53,902 nt of DNA from Candidatus Nanopelagicus sp. GTDB taxonomy: Bacteria > Actinomycetota > Actinomycetes > Nanopelagicales > Nanopelagicaceae. The stretch lies in NCBI GenBank assembly GCA_035441405.1, contig DAOROF010000001.1, positions 5,464-59,365 on the forward strand. Reading direction: 5' to 3'. This document shows, one piece after another, positions 49,780 to 53,902 of the stretch (positions are counted from its first letter, which is position 1; every line of letters begins with the position of its first letter). Below the pieces are notes generated by a model, which had not been told where the DNA came from, did not search any database, and worked only from the letters and a program-made list of their open reading frames with translations. Made by a program: the position numbers and the translations under genes.

Positions 49780-50607
49780 ATGAAAATTTTGGGTGGAAGC
49801 AGTAGAGCATCTGTATTAACTCTGCGCAAATCTTTAGCTGATTTAGTAAGTAAACAATCGGCAACTGATGCTGCCCAATTCTCCGCTGACCTTTTTACCG
49901 CCCTTACTGTCCTTAGCTCATCAGTTGGGCTGCGCCGGGCTTTAACTGATAATTCAAGAGATGCTGCATCTAAAGCAGAGTTAATCTCAAACTTATTTGG
50001 TAAAAATGTAACTGAAGCAGCAAAAACTTTGTTCTCTCAAGCAGCATCCCTTAGATGGTCTAACCCAGCTGAGATTGCTGATGCTATTGAGAATTTAGCG
50101 GTGGAGTCGGCTAGTGCAGCCGCTGATAAGAGTGGTGAGTTAGAACAGCTGGAGAATCAATTATTTGATTTTGCACGAGTTTTAATTGCTAATCCAGAGT
50201 TTCGACAAGCCTTGAACACAGCATCTGATACTGATGCTAACAAGATCTCCTTACTTGAATCGGTAGTAAATGGTAAATATTCATTACCCACCATTAATCT
50301 GTTAAAGCGGGTAGTTGTGCTTCGCCGTGGCCGCTCTATTGATGCAACACTTGCAACTTACTCACATTATGTTTCAAATAGTAGAAATCGGTTAGTTGCG
50401 CATGTAAAAACTGCAATTGCATTAACCGATAGCCAAACCTCCTCACTTATTGCTGCCTTAACTAAGCAAATGGGTAGAGAAGTGCATGTAAATATCGAAA
50501 TAGATCCAAAAGTTTTAGGTGGAATCTCAATCAGATACGCCGATGATGTTATTGATGGCACAGTTGTCAATCGTTTAGCAGAAGCGAGCAGAGCGCTCGT
50601 AAGTTAG
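49780..50607 (+). CDS. atpH: ATP synthase F1 delta subunit (long actinobacterial type)
   Basis: LRRALTD, RWS, DP.VLGG...DGTV..RL. Confidence 0.94.
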   Translation: MKILGGSSRASVLTLRKSLADLVSKQSATDAAQFSADLFTALTVLSSSVGLRRALTDNSRDAASKAELISNLFGKNVTEAAKTLFSQAASLRWSNPAEIADAIENLAVESASAAADKSGELEQLENQLFDFARVLIANPEFRQALNTASDTDANKISLLESVVNGKYSLPTINLLKRVVVLRRGRSIDATLATYSHYVSNSRNRLVAHVKTAIALTDSQTSSLIAALTKQMGREVHVNIEIDPKVLGGISIRYADDVIDGTVVNRLAEASRALVS

Positions 50608-50659
50608 TTTTAACAGGTGTTAAAAAGCACCTGTTATTTAAAGAGAGAAGAGAGAGAAG

Positions 50660-52297
50660 ATGGCCGAAGTAAAGATCAGCCCGAATGAGATTCGGGATGC
50701 ACTGGCAAAACATGTCGCTGCATACAAGCCAGGAGCAGCTGCCAAGGATGAAATTGGTAGCGTTACCGAGGCAGGTGATGGCATTGCACGTGTTGAAGGT
50801 TTGCCATCAACTATGACTAATGAGTTATTAAAATTTGAAAACGGCACACTAGGACTTGCTTTGAACTTAGATGTTCGCGAGATCGGTGTGGTTATTTTAG
50901 GTGAGTTCACCGGAATTGAAGAAGGAACAACTGTTCGCCGGACTGGAGAAATTCTCTCTGTTCCAGTTGGCGATGGCTTCCTTGGTCGAGTTGTTGATGC
51001 ACTTGGTCGACCAATTGATGGTAAAGGTGAAATTAAAGCTGAAACTACTAGAGCACTTGAAATTCAAGCACCATCTGTAGTTCAACGCCAACCAGTTAAG
51101 GAACCGATGCAAACTGGTATTAAAGCAATTGACTCAATGACTGCAATCGGCCGCGGTCAGCGTCAGTTGATTATTGGTGATCGCCAAACTGGTAAGACTG
51201 CAATTGCAGTTGACACAATTATTAACCAGTTAGAGAACTGGAAGAGTGGAGATCCAAAGAAGCAGGTTAAATGTATTTATGTGGCAATTGGTCAAAAGGG
51301 ATCAACTATTGCATCTGTTAAGGGAGCGCTAGAAGAGGCAGGTGCAATGGCTTACACCACAATTGTGGCCGCCCCGGCCTCAGATCCTGCTGGCTTTAAA
51401 TACTTAGCACCATACACCGGCTCTTCAATTGGTCAGCACTGGATGTATAAGGGCCAACATGTATTAATTATTTTTGATGATCTATCAAAACAAGCTGAGG
51501 CTTATCGTTCCGTATCGCTATTGCTAAGGCGCCCACCAGGTCGCGAAGCGTATCCTGGCGATGTTTTCTATTTACATTCACGTCTATTAGAGAGATGTGC
51601 AAAATTATCTGATGAATTAGGTGGCGGTTCAATGACTGGACTACCAATTATTGAAACAAAAGGTAATGACGTATCAGCATTTATTCCAACAAACGTTATC
51701 TCGATTACCGATGGTCAGTGCTTTTTGGAGACTGATTTGTTTAACGCAGGCGTTCGTCCAGCGATTAACGTAGGTATCTCAGTTTCTCGTGTTGGTGGCT
51801 CTGCACAAACTAAAGCGATTAAGAAGATTGCCGGACGCTTACGTCTTGATCTTGCGCAATATCGTGAGCTAGAAGCTTTCGCAGCTTTTGGTTCAGATCT
51901 TGATGCAGCATCAAAGGCGCAATTAGAGCGAGGTGCTCGTATGGTTGAATTACTAAAGCAAGGTCAGTACTCACCATTCTCAGTTGAGCGCCAAGTGGCC
52001 TCAATCTGGGCTGGAACTACTGGCAAGATGGATTCAATTCCAGTTGCTGATATTCGTAGATTTGAATCTGAGTTCTTAGATTTCATTGCCCGAGAGCGCA
52101 AACAAATATTTGATGTAATCGCATCAACTAAAGAGTTATCTGATGACACAGTTGCTTCCTTAGAGGAGGCAATTACAGTATTCAAAACTCAATTTAAATC
52201 ATCGGTGGCACCAGCTGTTAATGAGAAAAAAGCTGATGCGCTCGATGATGTAGATAATGAGCAAATTACCCGACAAGTTCCAGCGATAAAGCGATAA
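50660..52297 (+). CDS. atpA: ATP synthase F1 alpha subunit
   Basis: [29 protein letters not shown]. Confidence 0.98.
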   Translation: MAEVKISPNEIRDALAKHVAAYKPGAAAKDEIGSVTEAGDGIARVEGLPSTMTNELLKFENGTLGLALNLDVREIGVVILGEFTGIEEGTTVRRTGEILSVPVGDGFLGRVVDALGRPIDGKGEIKAETTRALEIQAPSVVQRQPVKEPMQTGIKAIDSMTAIGRGQRQLIIGDRQTGKTAIAVDTIINQLENWKSGDPKKQVKCIYVAIGQKGSTIASVKGALEEAGAMAYTTIVAAPASDPAGFKYLAPYTGSSIGQHWMYKGQHVLIIFDDLSKQAEAYRSVSLLLRRPPGREAYPGDVFYLHSRLLERCAKLSDELGGGSMTGLPIIETKGNDVSAFIPTNVISITDGQCFLETDLFNAGVRPAINVGISVSRVGGSAQTKAIKKIAGRLRLDLAQYRELEAFAAFGSDLDAASKAQLERGARMVELLKQGQYSPFSVERQVASIWAGTTGKMDSIPVADIRRFESEFLDFIARERKQIFDVIASTKELSDDTVASLEEAITVFKTQFKSSVAPAVNEKKADALDDVDNEQITRQVPAIKR

Positions 52298-52316
52298 GCA
52301 GAGACGAGACAAAACA

Positions 52317-53902
<1,586 letters not shown>

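Overview
A densely packed, AT-rich chromosomal segment with actinobacterial gene content and order (kgd, sigR-rsrA, clpS-DUF2017-murI-rph-rdgB, argS-lysA-hom-thrC-thrB-rho-rpmE-prfA-prmC-tsaC-glyA-wecA-atp). Low GC, very short intergenic spacers, an actinorhodopsin and a Ni-SOD point to a streamlined freshwater acI-type actinobacterium (Nanopelagicales-like); this is inferred, not searched. The window holds about 50 CDS, tRNA-fMet, tRNA-Leu(TAG), an FMN riboswitch and several terminators. I found no mobile elements, integrases or CRISPR arrays. It is mostly housekeeping, so the best leads are subtle: (1) rph can only start at a non-canonical ATT/ATC codon behind a strong SD; (2) sigR has a perfect GGAAT-N18-GTT promoter placed to make a longer leaderless isoform, and the same motif sits upstream of pirin; (3) a degenerate GGDEF protein that keeps its I-site precedes a minimal tadABC set; (4) a histone-H1-like/TM/FN3 protein; (5) a switch-like structured leader on the rhodopsin gene; (6) pervasive leaderless gene starts. 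All calls come from motif recognition by eye; no database searches were run.
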